64,000 bases of DNA from an uncultured Gammaproteobacteria bacterium (GTDB taxonomy: Bacteria; Patescibacteriota; Microgenomatia; UBA8517; UBA10165): the NCBI GenBank assembly GCA_964472675.1, contig CAYYLO010000003.1, positions 3,768-67,767 on the forward strand, written 5' to 3'. Positions 9,289-18,142 of this stretch are shown in pieces. Under the pieces are notes generated by a model. The model did no database searches and was not told the DNA's origin. It saw nothing but the letters and a program-made list of their open reading frames with translations. How positions within the stretch are numbered: position 1 is the first letter of the stretch; each line of letters opens with the position of its first letter. The translations under genes and the position numbers were made by a program.

Positions 9289-9399
9289 TTAGCACCATTG
9301 CATGGCTGCAAGTGGAGCCCCAAGCCAGGAAGCAAGCTCCTGAATTGTTCTTGTTCCTGTGAGAGAGTACGCCTCAGAAAGGTGTATCTCAAAGCTCAT
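9289..9399 (-). CDS. possible 36-aa peptide
   Basis: GGAAGG then MSFEIHLSEAYSLTGTRTIQELASWLGAPLAAMQWC; followed by a hairpin and T-tract. Confidence 0.3.
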   Translation of the reverse strand: MSFEIHLSEAYSLTGTRTIQELASWLGAPLAAMQWC

Positions 9400-9706
9400 C
9401 AGACAACCTTCCGGTCTGCACAAGCCACTTTATAAACCTCATGTGGGGCGTTGGTTCAAAAGACTGTGGCTTCGGTGGCTCCGCTCTCATCCCTTTCAGT
9501 CTCTCAGTTTCCAATCTCTCCACTTCGGCACAAAGTACCTGGCACTTTCTTTCGATTTGCCTATACGCTGTCAATGCTTCGCCAAGTGCCTCGGGATGAT
9601 ATGCCCCGCTGAATACACCCCTACGTGCGTTTGTGAGCCGTTCTGACGCTAACTTGAGTGCGGCAGTAGCGTCTTCCAGCTTGCTTAGAGCTTCCTCGTA
9701 CGTCAT
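9389..9706 (-). CDS. hypothetical protein
   Basis: GGAGAG SD then MTYEEALSKL...RFIKWLVQTGRLSDEL; the longer ORF-track start runs through tRNA-His. Confidence 0.65.
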   Translation of the reverse strand: MTYEEALSKLEDATAALKLASERLTNARRGVFSGAYHPEALGEALTAYRQIERKCQVLCAEVERLETERLKGMRAEPPKPQSFEPTPHMRFIKWLVQTGRLSDEL

Positions 9707-9802
9707 GCCCCAGGCTCTCCTCTTTGCGCAAACTCTTAGGTTGGAGTATACACCCTTTGTTTTATGAAGACAAAGGTGGTGGAGATCAGTTGGGCTTTGA
9801 TA

Positions 9803-9878
9803 TGGGTGGGCGACGGGAATTGAACCCGCAACCTCTGGTGCCACAGACCAGCGCTCTAACCGTTGAGCTACGTCCACC
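9803..9878 (-). tRNA. tRNA-His(GTG)
   Basis: cloverleaf, G-1, anticodon loop CTGTGGC, GGTTCAATTCC. Confidence 0.93.
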
Positions 9879-9895
9879 AAATTTCTCGCATTTTC

Positions 9896-10318
9896 TCACT
9901 GTTCGTAATCGTTCAAGTCTTCTTCCTCTTCGGTTTCGTTTTCTTGCGCCCAATCTTCCAAACTTTCTTCCCCCGCGGGGAGGGTAAATCCTTCCTCTTC
10001 TAACGCATCAGCCTCCGGATTCTTTTCTGTAGCGGGCTCGCCAGCGCCTACTTCCGGTTCTTCATCTTTACCTGATATTCTTTCTTTTTCGTGCCTGTTA
10101 ATAATATCGGCCATGGTTTCGCCGCTTTGCGGTTCTTCGCCGGTTACCTCTTTAACCATTTTCCCGACATCGTCATCCATTGTAGGAATAGAAGTTGTGC
10201 CGCCAACTTCTTCTTCGCCGGATTCTGCTGGAGATTGAGTGGGAACATGATCGCCTATTCCCTCTTCAGCAACATCTTGTCCCGGGTCAAGTCTGGTTAA
10301 GTCCTGGTCGTTTGTCAT
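9896..10318 (-). CDS. acidic, likely disordered hypothetical protein
   Basis: GGGGTGG SD then MTNDQD; D/E-rich. Confidence 0.7.
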   Translation of the reverse strand: MTNDQDLTRLDPGQDVAEEGIGDHVPTQSPAESGEEEVGGTTSIPTMDDDVGKMVKEVTGEEPQSGETMADIINRHEKERISGKDEEPEVGAGEPATEKNPEADALEEEGFTLPAGEESLEDWAQENETEEEEDLNDYEQ

Positions 10319-10341
10319 TTGTTTCCACCCCCTTTGCTTTG

Positions 10342-10414
10342 CGCCGCTGGCAGGAATCGAACCCGCAACCTTATCGTTAGAACCGATCTGCTCTGTCCGT
10401 TGAGCTACAGCGGC
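10342..10414 (-). tRNA. tRNA-Arg(TCT)
   Basis: GCCGCTG/CAGCGGC acceptor stem, loop GTTCTAA, GGTTCGATTCC. Confidence 0.92.
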
Positions 10415-10463
10415 AAAGATACTTAATATTCTACCATTCAAGGCCAGTTTTTTCACCTGGAGT

Positions 10464-12086
10464 CTAAGATGAGGTGTGTGCGGTTTGCCGCGCCGCTTTA
10501 ACAAAGCCCACAAATAGCGGATGGGGTTGTAAAGGGCGGGATTTTAGCTCAGGGTGAAATTGTGAAGCGATAAAGAAAGGATGACTAGGTAATTCTATGA
10601 CTTCAACCAATTTTCCGTCCGGAGAGGTTCCGGCAAGGACAAGCCCTGCATCCACGAACTGGTCCTTGTAAGTATTATTAAATTCGTATCTGTGTCTGTG
10701 TCTTTCACTAATTTTGCTTTTACCATAGAGTTTGCAAGAGAGAGTTTTGGGGGCAAGAATACATTCCCAGGCGCCGAGTCTCATAGTTCCACCATAGTTA
10801 TGTTCCAATAACTTCTTTTGTTGATCGGTCATGATGTGGATAACCGGATGCTTTGTCTCGGGATCGATTTCGGTTGTGTTAGCGTCTCTCCAGCCTAAAA
10901 TGTTTCTGGCAAACTCAACAGTTGCCAGCTGCATTCCGTAACAAAGCCCCAAATAAGGGATATTATTTTCTCGCGTGTACTTTATTGCTTCAATTTTCCC
11001 CTCTACCCCGCGGGAGCCAAAGCCGCCCGGAACAATTATTCCATGATAAGCTTTCAAAATATTCGGGTTCTGTAATACTTTTTCCGAATCGATCCAACTG
11101 ACAACAGGCTTAAGATTTTGGTTGTATGAGGCGTGTTTTATAGCTTCAATAACAGAAATATAAGCATCAGACAATGTAAAATGCCCGCTGGCAAAATACT
11201 TCCCAACGATGCCTATTTTTACTTCTTCTTTTGCTTCCTCTACCCTTTTTATATATTGTCTCCATTCGACCATGTCTTTCTTTGGTTGGCGCAATTTTAA
11301 TTTTTTCAAAATTCTTTTTGTTAAGTTTCCTGCGTCATAATTTAAGGGCACATCATAAACATTTGACACATCCGGGGCTGAAATTATGTCTTCGGGTTCC
11401 AAACCAGTTGAAACAGCAAGTTTTTTTATTCTCATCTGGTCCAAACCTTGCGACGAACGGGCCAATATTATATCGGGTTGAATGCCAACCGAATTTAAGT
11501 TGCGGACAGACATTTGTGCTGGTTTACTTTTCATCTCGCCCAAAGAGGGTGGAATTGGAAGGTAAGTTATATGAACATGCAAAACGTCATTAGGTTTTTT
11601 GAGTTTCAGAAGACGATTGGCTTCCAAAAAAAGTACATTTTGGTATTCTCCGGCTGTTCCGCCGATTTCAATTAAAACTATGTCAGCATTTTTTGCTCTT
11701 CCTGCTTCTTGAATGCGGCTTAAGATTTCGTTTGTAATATATGTGACAACATCCACACATTCTCCGCCATATTCAAGGTTTCTTTCTCTTTGTAAAAACC
11801 GAATAATAAATCGAGCCTTGAGTAGCAATGTTAGTTTTATTTAAGCTTTCATTCAAAAACCTTTCGTAATGCCCCAGGTCTTGATCAGTTTCTGTTCCGT
11901 CATCCAAAACAAAAACCTCACCGTGGGCAATGGGATTCATAGTTCCAGCATCAATATTTAAATAGGGGGCCATTTTTATAGGGGCAACTTTCAAGCCCGC
12001 GCTTTTAAGGAGGAGGGAATAGATGCTGTGGCAATCCCTTTGCCGATTCCAGAGATGACTCCGCCGGAAATAAAAATATATTTCAT
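10464..12086 (-). pseudogene. pyrG: CTP synthase with two frameshifts (pseudogene or sequencing error)
   Basis: [17 protein letters not shown] start at 12086; 1 nt missing near 12018 and 1 nt extra near 11797; [36 protein letters not shown] motifs. Confidence 0.85.
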
Positions 12087-12243
12087 ACGCAGTTGAAAAG
12101 AAATTCCGATTTCTTTTGTATACCACACCAATGATGCTTTGGTAAACATCCGCATTCCTGCATTCCAGTTTTTAACTTTAAGGTGGTATAATCGAAATCA
12201 GAATTTCGCTTCAGTCTGCGATATAATCGAAATGATTGCGAAG

Positions 12244-12323
12244 ATTTCGGGGATTGGCTCATGACGAGCGTTAGCGAGTTCATATCAGACTTTTTCGAAA
12301 AAGTCTGTTAATTGGTAGAGCGC
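12244..12323 (+). other. partial tRNA-Pro 5' copy interrupted by hairpins
   Basis: ATTTCGGGGATTGGCTCA identical to 12376-12393, about 49-nt insert, then TTGGTAGAGCGC. Confidence 0.75.
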
Positions 12324-12379
12324 GCGAAGCGCAAAAGTCAGTGGACTAGGGTTTAGTTTTAAACAGCGACAACTAATTT

Positions 12380-12452
12380 CGGGGATTGGCTCAGTTGGTA
12401 GAGCGCTCGCTTTGGGAGCGAGAGGTCGGCCGTTCGAATCGGCCATCCCCGA
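12380..12452 (+). tRNA. tRNA-Pro(TGG)
   Basis: CGGGGAT/ATCCCCG stem, CTCGC-TTTGGGA-GCGAG anticodon arm. Confidence 0.93.
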
Positions 12453-12544
12453 CTCGTTTACAATAGCCTTACCTTCTACTTGCCTTATTTCACCAAACAA
12501 AACCCAGAATTAAGCAATAAATAATTTGACAGGGAGGTGAAACA

Positions 12545-12865
12545 ATGTTTCCGGGATTTATAGTTTCCCTAATAAATTTAGTAATTGGGCTAATTGAACT
12601 TCTTTTAGCGATCAGACTTTTGTTAAGACTGTTTGCTGCAAACCCAGCGACTCCTTTTGTGCGTTGGACTTATGAAACAAGCCAACCTTTAGTCAACCCC
12701 TTTTTAGGTATATTCCCAAATCCAGTTTTGACGGGGGGCTTGGTAATTGAGTTTTCAACTTTGGTTGCACTGGTAGTTTACGCGATTGCTGGCTATGTTT
12801 TGGCAGAGCTTATCGGGACTCTTGGTTATGGGGCAAGAAGAAGGACAATTGTGGAAGAAAGATAA
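12545..12865 (+). CDS. YggT-family membrane protein
   Basis: RLLLRLFAANP..PFV.W.Y..S.PLV.PF; GGGAGGTGA SD. Confidence 0.85.
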   Translation: MFPGFIVSLINLVIGLIELLLAIRLLLRLFAANPATPFVRWTYETSQPLVNPFLGIFPNPVLTGGLVIEFSTLVALVVYAIAGYVLAELIGTLGYGARRRTIVEER

Positions 12866-12903
12866 GGTTTTGTGCTAAAATTACCTTGTTCGTTGGACCG
12901 GTT

Positions 12904-12977
12904 GCGGGATTAGTTGAACGGCCCAACATCTGCTTTCCAAGCAGAAAAAACGGGTTCGACTCCCGTATCCCGCTCCA
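12904..12977 (+). tRNA. tRNA-Gly(TCC)
   Basis: GCGGGAT/ATCCCGC stem, TCTGC-TTTCCAA-GCAGA arm, encoded CCA. Confidence 0.95.
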
Positions 12978-12978
12978 T

Positions 12979-13033
12979 ACGGGATACCCTGGTCAGAAAA
13001 AGCCTGAATGGCTTGATATAACGGGCTAATCTT
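12979..13033 (+). repeat. 55-bp islet left arm, copy A
   Basis: 53/55 identical to 32190-32244. Confidence 0.95.
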
Positions 13034-13165
13034 AGGGTTTCCGGATAAGCTTAATTCCATAAATTGTTAGCCTTAAATTTATTTTGAAGATACGGGATTC
13101 ACACTAAACTTTGTAACTTACGACAAATGGATTGAATTCCTCTAACGCTTGATCTAAATTTTCAT

Positions 13166-13594
13166 TTATCTCCAAAGCGAGAACTTTTTGGTAAGCGTAT
13201 TTAATTGTTCTTTTGGTCCAAACATACAAATTCCCCAATATTCCAGTTCAATCTCTGGCGTGTTTTTAGTTCTTTCCTGTTGCTCTATGTAAGTTCCTAT
13301 TGTCATTGTCGAAGTAAAATCGACAACATGAATACCAGCTTGAATTGTTTGATTTCTTAAATTCCTGATCTGACTGGAATTATCAGCTTGCAGAATAATA
13401 AATGGATTGTCAGAAATACTTTTGTGTTGTCCACCGTCTTTATCAAAATATGTATCAAATCTCATTTCAGGTAAGTTAGGATAACTGCCTGCAAGACCCG
13501 CTGCCATATGGCCTAAAGCATTCATCAGATTTCCAACCGGAACCTTTTTGTTTAACACTGCTACGAATTTATGTGTTAATTCATCTGCCTGCAT
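13166..13594 (-). CDS. DUF2000-like protein
   Basis: KFVAVLNKKV..G.LMNALGH, Y.D.DG..H..IS, DFT.TM, Y.GICMFG...LTKKFSLW. Confidence 0.75.
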   Translation of the reverse strand: MQADELTHKFVAVLNKKVPVGNLMNALGHMAAGLAGSYPNLPEMRFDTYFDKDGGQHKSISDNPFIILQADNSSQIRNLRNQTIQAGIHVVDFTSTMTIGTYIEQQERTKNTPEIELEYWGICMFGPKEQLNTLTKKFSLWR

Positions 13595-13627
13595 ATCAGG
13601 ATTATATCAAATTGTTGGATACAAGTC

Positions 13628-13987
13628 AGAAAATATTATTTAGGAGTAACTATTATCTCCCAACAAGCTAATGACTTCTTAAGCCAGGATTACGGCCGGA
13701 CAATTGCTTCCCAATCGGCGGTCAGGATACTCATGAAACAGGATACGACCACCATTAGAAAAGTTGCTGAAGAATTTAACTTATCAGAATATGAACAGCA
13801 CTTTTTACTAACCTGCGACCGGGGGAAAGCTTTAATTATTGCCGACCCGCTTCGCCCGCCTTGACCGACGCAAGTCGAGGCAGGCCTACTCAGCGAGGCG
13901 AGCCAAAATCGTGTAGCAGTAAAGGTCGTGGCCTCTGACAAAGAGCATCCATTACTTACCACTGATCCTAGGGAGATTTATATTTAA
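13628..13987 (+). pseudogene. C-terminal fragment of a VirB4-like ATPase with a 57-bp palindromic insertion
   Basis: RKYYLGVTIISQQANDFL...ILMKQD...GKALIIAD[insert]QNRVAVKVVASDKEHPLLTTDP; no start codon. Confidence 0.7.
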
Positions 13988-14697
13988 TCATCGACATATT
14001 CCGTCTCAAAAGGTGCGTATTCCTGACCTTTATAGAGATCTAATAAACCATCCCGCCGAGCAGCTAAATCTTGCGGAAAATAACCGGTTGTTGCCTTAAG
14101 ATAATATGCAGCCTGCTCAATAATTTCCATCGCAAATCTTCTTACATCATTATTCGGGTCATTGATGTAGTTTCCGTAGTAGTGTGTCCAATTATGTAAT
14201 TGCTCTCTCACCCTTCCATTATCCATGTTTTCAAGCGCACTGCTATAATGCACGCGTATGATCCCTTCATCCCTACGGGCATAAGCTATGTAGTATTCAA
14301 GAGGCGGTTGTGGAATTTCTCTAGAAAAAGGCTCGACTAAATATAGCTTAAAAGGAGCTTCTTCCTTCCCTCCAAAAACTTTCAACAAGTCATGTCGCTT
14401 TTGTATTATTTCTTCCGGCGTGAACCCCGTTAATTTAGTAACCGCAGCACTTGTCCTATTTAAAACTCTTTGTATTCTTGGAGGAACCCTACTAACAACC
14501 CCAAGATGCAAAGCCGCTCCTATATGGCTCCATTCACCAAAATTCCTCTCAACTTGTCCGTTTGCTAACGCGTCAAATATTTCGCTCTGCCAAATTCCGA
14601 GAATATCCCGGACACGGCCATATCCGACATACCATTCGGTGGGAGGCCCAGAAGCGAGCAACTCTTCAACACTTCTTTTTGGTGCTTCTTGGCTCAT
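13984..14697 (-). CDS. hypothetical protein
   Basis: about 237-aa ORF, no motif recognised. Confidence 0.65.
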   Translation of the reverse strand: MSQEAPKRSVEELLASGPPTEWYVGYGRVRDILGIWQSEIFDALANGQVERNFGEWSHIGAALHLGVVSRVPPRIQRVLNRTSAAVTKLTGFTPEEIIQKRHDLLKVFGGKEEAPFKLYLVEPFSREIPQPPLEYYIAYARRDEGIIRVHYSSALENMDNGRVREQLHNWTHYYGNYINDPNNDVRRFAMEIIEQAAYYLKATTGYFPQDLAARRDGLLDLYKGQEYAPFETEYVDD

Positions 14698-14938
14698 AGT
14701 ATTGTAGAGTTTATCACTTTCATTATTCAAACTCAAGAATTTAGGCCTACCAATTCAGTATAATGTGTACAACTGCCTAATAGGCAGATGAATTATTTAC
14801 AAGCAGCTCTTACAATTTGGTCTTTTCGTAAAGAATCGTTGATCGGGTTGTTGTAACGTCCCATTTTCATCCTCCGCAGCTTGATAAGCCTCCATCAATT
14901 TGCTAAAATAAATAAGGATTTGATCGTAAACGGGCGCT

Positions 14939-14962
14939 AAATAACTTGCGTCTCCCGCTCCA
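14939..14962 (+). repeat. 24-bp islet right arm / att copy, copy A
   Basis: AAATAACTTGCGTCTCCCGCTCCA; 22/24 identical to 33560-33583. Confidence 0.9.
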
Positions 14963-15157
14963 AAGCGAAATGGTTTTTAAAACCTTCCATTTTTATCCTT
15001 CAAAGCAGGATTTTCTCCAGTTCGAGCCTAAATTTTTGAGCTAATTTTACTAGCTTCAAAAATCTAATACCGGACACCGGAGTCGAACCTACTATAAAAT
15101 CAGTCCATAGATAATCATTGTTGATATAATAAGTTTCAATATAAATAAGCACATCCT

Positions 15158-15739
15158 ATGACAAATCAAGAAGTTCAATATGCAAAAACAGCTCTAACCG
15201 GAAAGATTTCATCATTAAGGAATGATTTCAGTAGAGCTTATTTTAACCTTAATCAATACAGCATCCAAACTAGTCCGTTCCCAATCTTAATGTTCACTAT
15301 GTCTGTAGTAGACTTTTTCTCAGCATTATTAGCTGGATGGAGTGAGTCTAGTCGCAATCAAAATAGATTTCAAACAACAAGAATGATAGATTTCTGCGTT
15401 AATCAGCTTGGATATGGTCGAATTGAAAGTACGGTATTGGTCAAAGTTCACAGACATTCTCTTATGCACACGAGCGATCCTAGAATAAGATCGAATCAAA
15501 ATGGGATATATGGTTGGCAAATCATGAATATCAATCCAAATCATATGCATCTTAGTCCACAACCTAATCAAAATAATATTCAAGTTACTTTGCTTGATGT
15601 TGGAACAGGCAATCTAATTGACGATTTAGAGAACTTCTTAACCACGTCTGGAGGATACTTTGAACTTTTAGATAATGACCCAGAAATTCAGGCTAATTAC
15701 ATGCAATGTATTCAAGAACTTGATAGTCAAACAATATGA
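15158..15739 (+). CDS. hypothetical protein with a HEPN-like Rx4H motif
   Basis: helical ORF with RHSLMH; AT-rich. Confidence 0.6.
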   Translation: MTNQEVQYAKTALTGKISSLRNDFSRAYFNLNQYSIQTSPFPILMFTMSVVDFFSALLAGWSESSRNQNRFQTTRMIDFCVNQLGYGRIESTVLVKVHRHSLMHTSDPRIRSNQNGIYGWQIMNINPNHMHLSPQPNQNNIQVTLLDVGTGNLIDDLENFLTTSGGYFELLDNDPEIQANYMQCIQELDSQTI

Positions 15740-15892
15740 ATTAAAAAACCCGGTCCCTGTGGCTAAGATGGATCACTTACGTGTCATCAGTTCTCTAAAA
15801 GTAAGGTACCTTCACTACAAAGATCATTCGGTACCCACATGCTAGCAAAAATTCAGGTTATTGTCCGTTTAAGAATCTGCTAAAATGATGTC

Positions 15893-16723
15893 GTGGGAAA
15901 AACAACTAAAATTGCAATTTTTGAAGGTAAAAGAATCCGCCGCCATTGGAATGACAAAGAGGAAAAATGGTATTTCTCAGTTGTCGACGTCGTGGCAGCA
16001 TTAACAGAAAGTGAAAATCCACAGGTTTATTGGCGAGTCCTTAAGAAAAGATTGATTGATGAAGGTTCCAATGAAACCGTTACAAAATGTAACGCTTTGA
16101 AAATGGTTGCAGCTGATGGGAAAATGAGGCTTACTGATGTGGCAAATACCGAAGTAATGTTACGTATCATCCAATCAATTCCTTCTCCCAATGCAGAACC
16201 TTTTAAACTATGGCTTGCTAGAGTGGGTTATGAACGCATTGAAGAAACTGCTGATCCGGAGCTTGCTATAAATAGAGCTCTTCAAACATATTTAAGAAAA
16301 GGCTACAGTAAAGACTGGATAAACCAACGCTTAAAAAGTATTGAGATACGAAAAGCTTTAATAGATGAATGGGAAACACGGGGAGTAAAAGAAACCAGTG
16401 AGTTCGCTATTTTAACAGATGATATTACTATTGCTTGGACAGGCATGACTACAAAGCAATATAAAAATTTCAAAGGGCTTAAGAAGGAAAATTTACGGGA
16501 TAATATGACAAATTTGGAATTGGTGCTTAACATGTTGGCAGAAACTGCTACAACGGAGATTTCTCAAAAACGTAAGCCTAAAACATTCCCTGATAATAGA
16601 AAAGTTGCCACCGAAGGAGGAACTATTGCTGGAAATGCTAGAAAACAGATTGAATCCAAAAGCGGTAGAAAGGTAATAACAAGGAAGAATGCCAAAGAGT
16701 TAAAACTTATTGGGAATAAGTAA
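15893..16723 (+). CDS. Bro-N domain (phage antirepressor-like) protein
   Basis: IRR.W....EKWYFSVVDVV, YWRVLKKRL, DGKMRLTDVA, IPSP.AEPFKLWLA, LRDNM. Confidence 0.85.
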   Translation: MGKTTKIAIFEGKRIRRHWNDKEEKWYFSVVDVVAALTESENPQVYWRVLKKRLIDEGSNETVTKCNALKMVAADGKMRLTDVANTEVMLRIIQSIPSPNAEPFKLWLARVGYERIEETADPELAINRALQTYLRKGYSKDWINQRLKSIEIRKALIDEWETRGVKETSEFAILTDDITIAWTGMTTKQYKNFKGLKKENLRDNMTNLELVLNMLAETATTEISQKRKPKTFPDNRKVATEGGTIAGNARKQIESKSGRKVITRKNAKELKLIGNK

Positions 16724-16928
16724 CGAGACTATTTAAAGTGCTTAAGACTTTTTATCTCTAAATGATTTTTAAGGATTTCCAATTTTAATTGAAGTTGGTG
16801 ATCCATTATGATACAGTACTTAAGTTCAAATAGGTCCGAGCCAATTACGCTCCCCAGCTCAAGTCGCCAAAGGCGAACTTGAGCGAGGCTCGTCTCGCCC
16901 TTTGGGCGGAGCGGCCCGCTCCTCAATA

Positions 16929-17180
16929 ATGTATTTTGTCTATATTCTCCAGAGTCTAAAAGATAATAAAACATACATAGGTTATACCGATAATTTTGAA
17001 CGGCGATTTGAACAACATAATTTAGGAAAATCGAGATCTACAAAATATCGAGTCCCATTTAAATTATTATTTAAGGAAGAATTTAAGAATAGCGTAGATG
17101 CCAAGAATCGAGAGATATGGTGGAAAAGTGGTGCGGGGAGACGAAAACTGAAAAAATGTTTCGAAAATCAGATAAAATGA
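16929..17180 (+). CDS. small GIY-YIG nuclease (UPF0213-like)
   Basis: YFVYILQS....TYIGYT....RR..QHN, A..RE...KSG.GR. Confidence 0.9.
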   Translation: MYFVYILQSLKDNKTYIGYTDNFERRFEQHNLGKSRSTKYRVPFKLLFKEEFKNSVDAKNREIWWKSGAGRRKLKKCFENQIK

Positions 17181-17636
17181 TCAATCCAAACCAGAATGGT
17201 TTTTGAAACCTTCCATGCTATAACCTGCCGAAGGATACTTCATAGAGCTTTTTAAATTCATCTATTTCTGCTACAAGTCTAGAGTGATACAACAACTAAA
17301 GACTATTTCCAGGAATGATGGTGGTGGAGCTAAGAAGACATATTAGAAGTATTACGGAATTTACTGCAGACGAATTAATGAATTAGTGAGTGTTTTAAGA
17401 TGAAAGATGCCACTGGTGGAAAAATCAGAAACATTCAGCTTATTTTTAACCACGCCAAAGAAAATATGGTTACAAGAGGATGCATTAAAGAAGTTGAGGA
17501 GATTACAAAGCGGATTAAACTTTCACTAAAGTCTAAGCTGGAATTTTGAAACGAGTTGTATACTTCGGCGCTAAAAAACCCTCGAGGAGGAGCAAACGAT
17601 TTTGCTCAACTCTTATACCCGAGGGCTGCTTGTCCC

Positions 17637-17930
17637 CTAGCCTGCCTTGCGAACAGGCTCAAGGCTTGTGACCCGGTCTATCAGATCACAAGCAATGTTG
17701 ACTGTGTATTGGAGTGTATCTGGTGGAGGATCCAGTTCCACGCCAGTCGCGATGGCCACAAGCGCTGTTCTGAGCGCCTTTAGGAGATGATGCTGTTCCA
17801 TGTGTTTTGCTTCACGCATTAAGAGCTCTACTTCTTTGGCCAGCCTCCTTAGGCTCCATGCCAGCTCGCTGCGTCTTGTGCCACCTACTTCTGTCAGGTC
17901 GGGAAGAATTTGGGCACCAACACTGCTCAT
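17637..17930 (-). CDS. hypothetical protein
   Basis: 97 aa, ATGA-coupled to the upstream ORF, followed by a hairpin and T-tract. Confidence 0.55.
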   Translation of the reverse strand: MSSVGAQILPDLTEVGGTRRSELAWSLRRLAKEVELLMREAKHMEQHHLLKALRTALVAIATGVELDPPPDTLQYTVNIACDLIDRVTSLEPVRKAG

Positions 17931-18142
17931 GTCTTTTCTTTCTTGTTCTTTTCTTCAATAGACTTTCGCGTCGCGTTAATCAAAAATGTCATTGAACGGA
18001 GTAGCGCGTCCCACAACTCTTGCGAACCAGGAGAGTTTAAGGTTTGCTCAGAATTAGGGACCCTCAAAAGATCAGCTATCAGATTGCATTGCGCCGCCAT
18101 GTCTTCCCATCGCATTATGAGCTTTTCTCTGTCCATACCCAT
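17927..18142 (-). CDS. hypothetical protein
   Basis: 71 aa, AAGGT SD-like site. Confidence 0.5.
   Translation of the reverse strand: MGMDREKLIMRWEDMAAQCNLIADLLRVPNSEQTLNSPGSQELWDALLRSMTFLINATRKSIEEKNKKEKT

Larger units (their letters stand above)
12968..14962. mobile_element. tRNA-Gly islet A (no integrase)
   Basis: direct repeat TCCCGCTCCA at 12968-12977 and 14953-14962; both arms shared with islet B. Confidence 0.75.

Noticed and set aside
9707-9880. N-terminal extensions of ORFs 9389-9880 and 9896-10513, and ORFs 12285-12500, 18618-18887 and 26393-26614
   Set aside because: They run through tRNA genes; shorter SD-led starts or no gene at all fit better.
13862-13864. TGA recoding (genetic code 25) suggested by the in-frame TGA in the virB4 insert
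   Set aside because: Conserved genes such as uvrB and the GH18 gene end in TGA, and long genes have no internal TGA.
17260-17549. Gene between the GIY-YIG gene and 17637
   Set aside because: Only short stop-interrupted frames; probably a decayed gene that I cannot identify.
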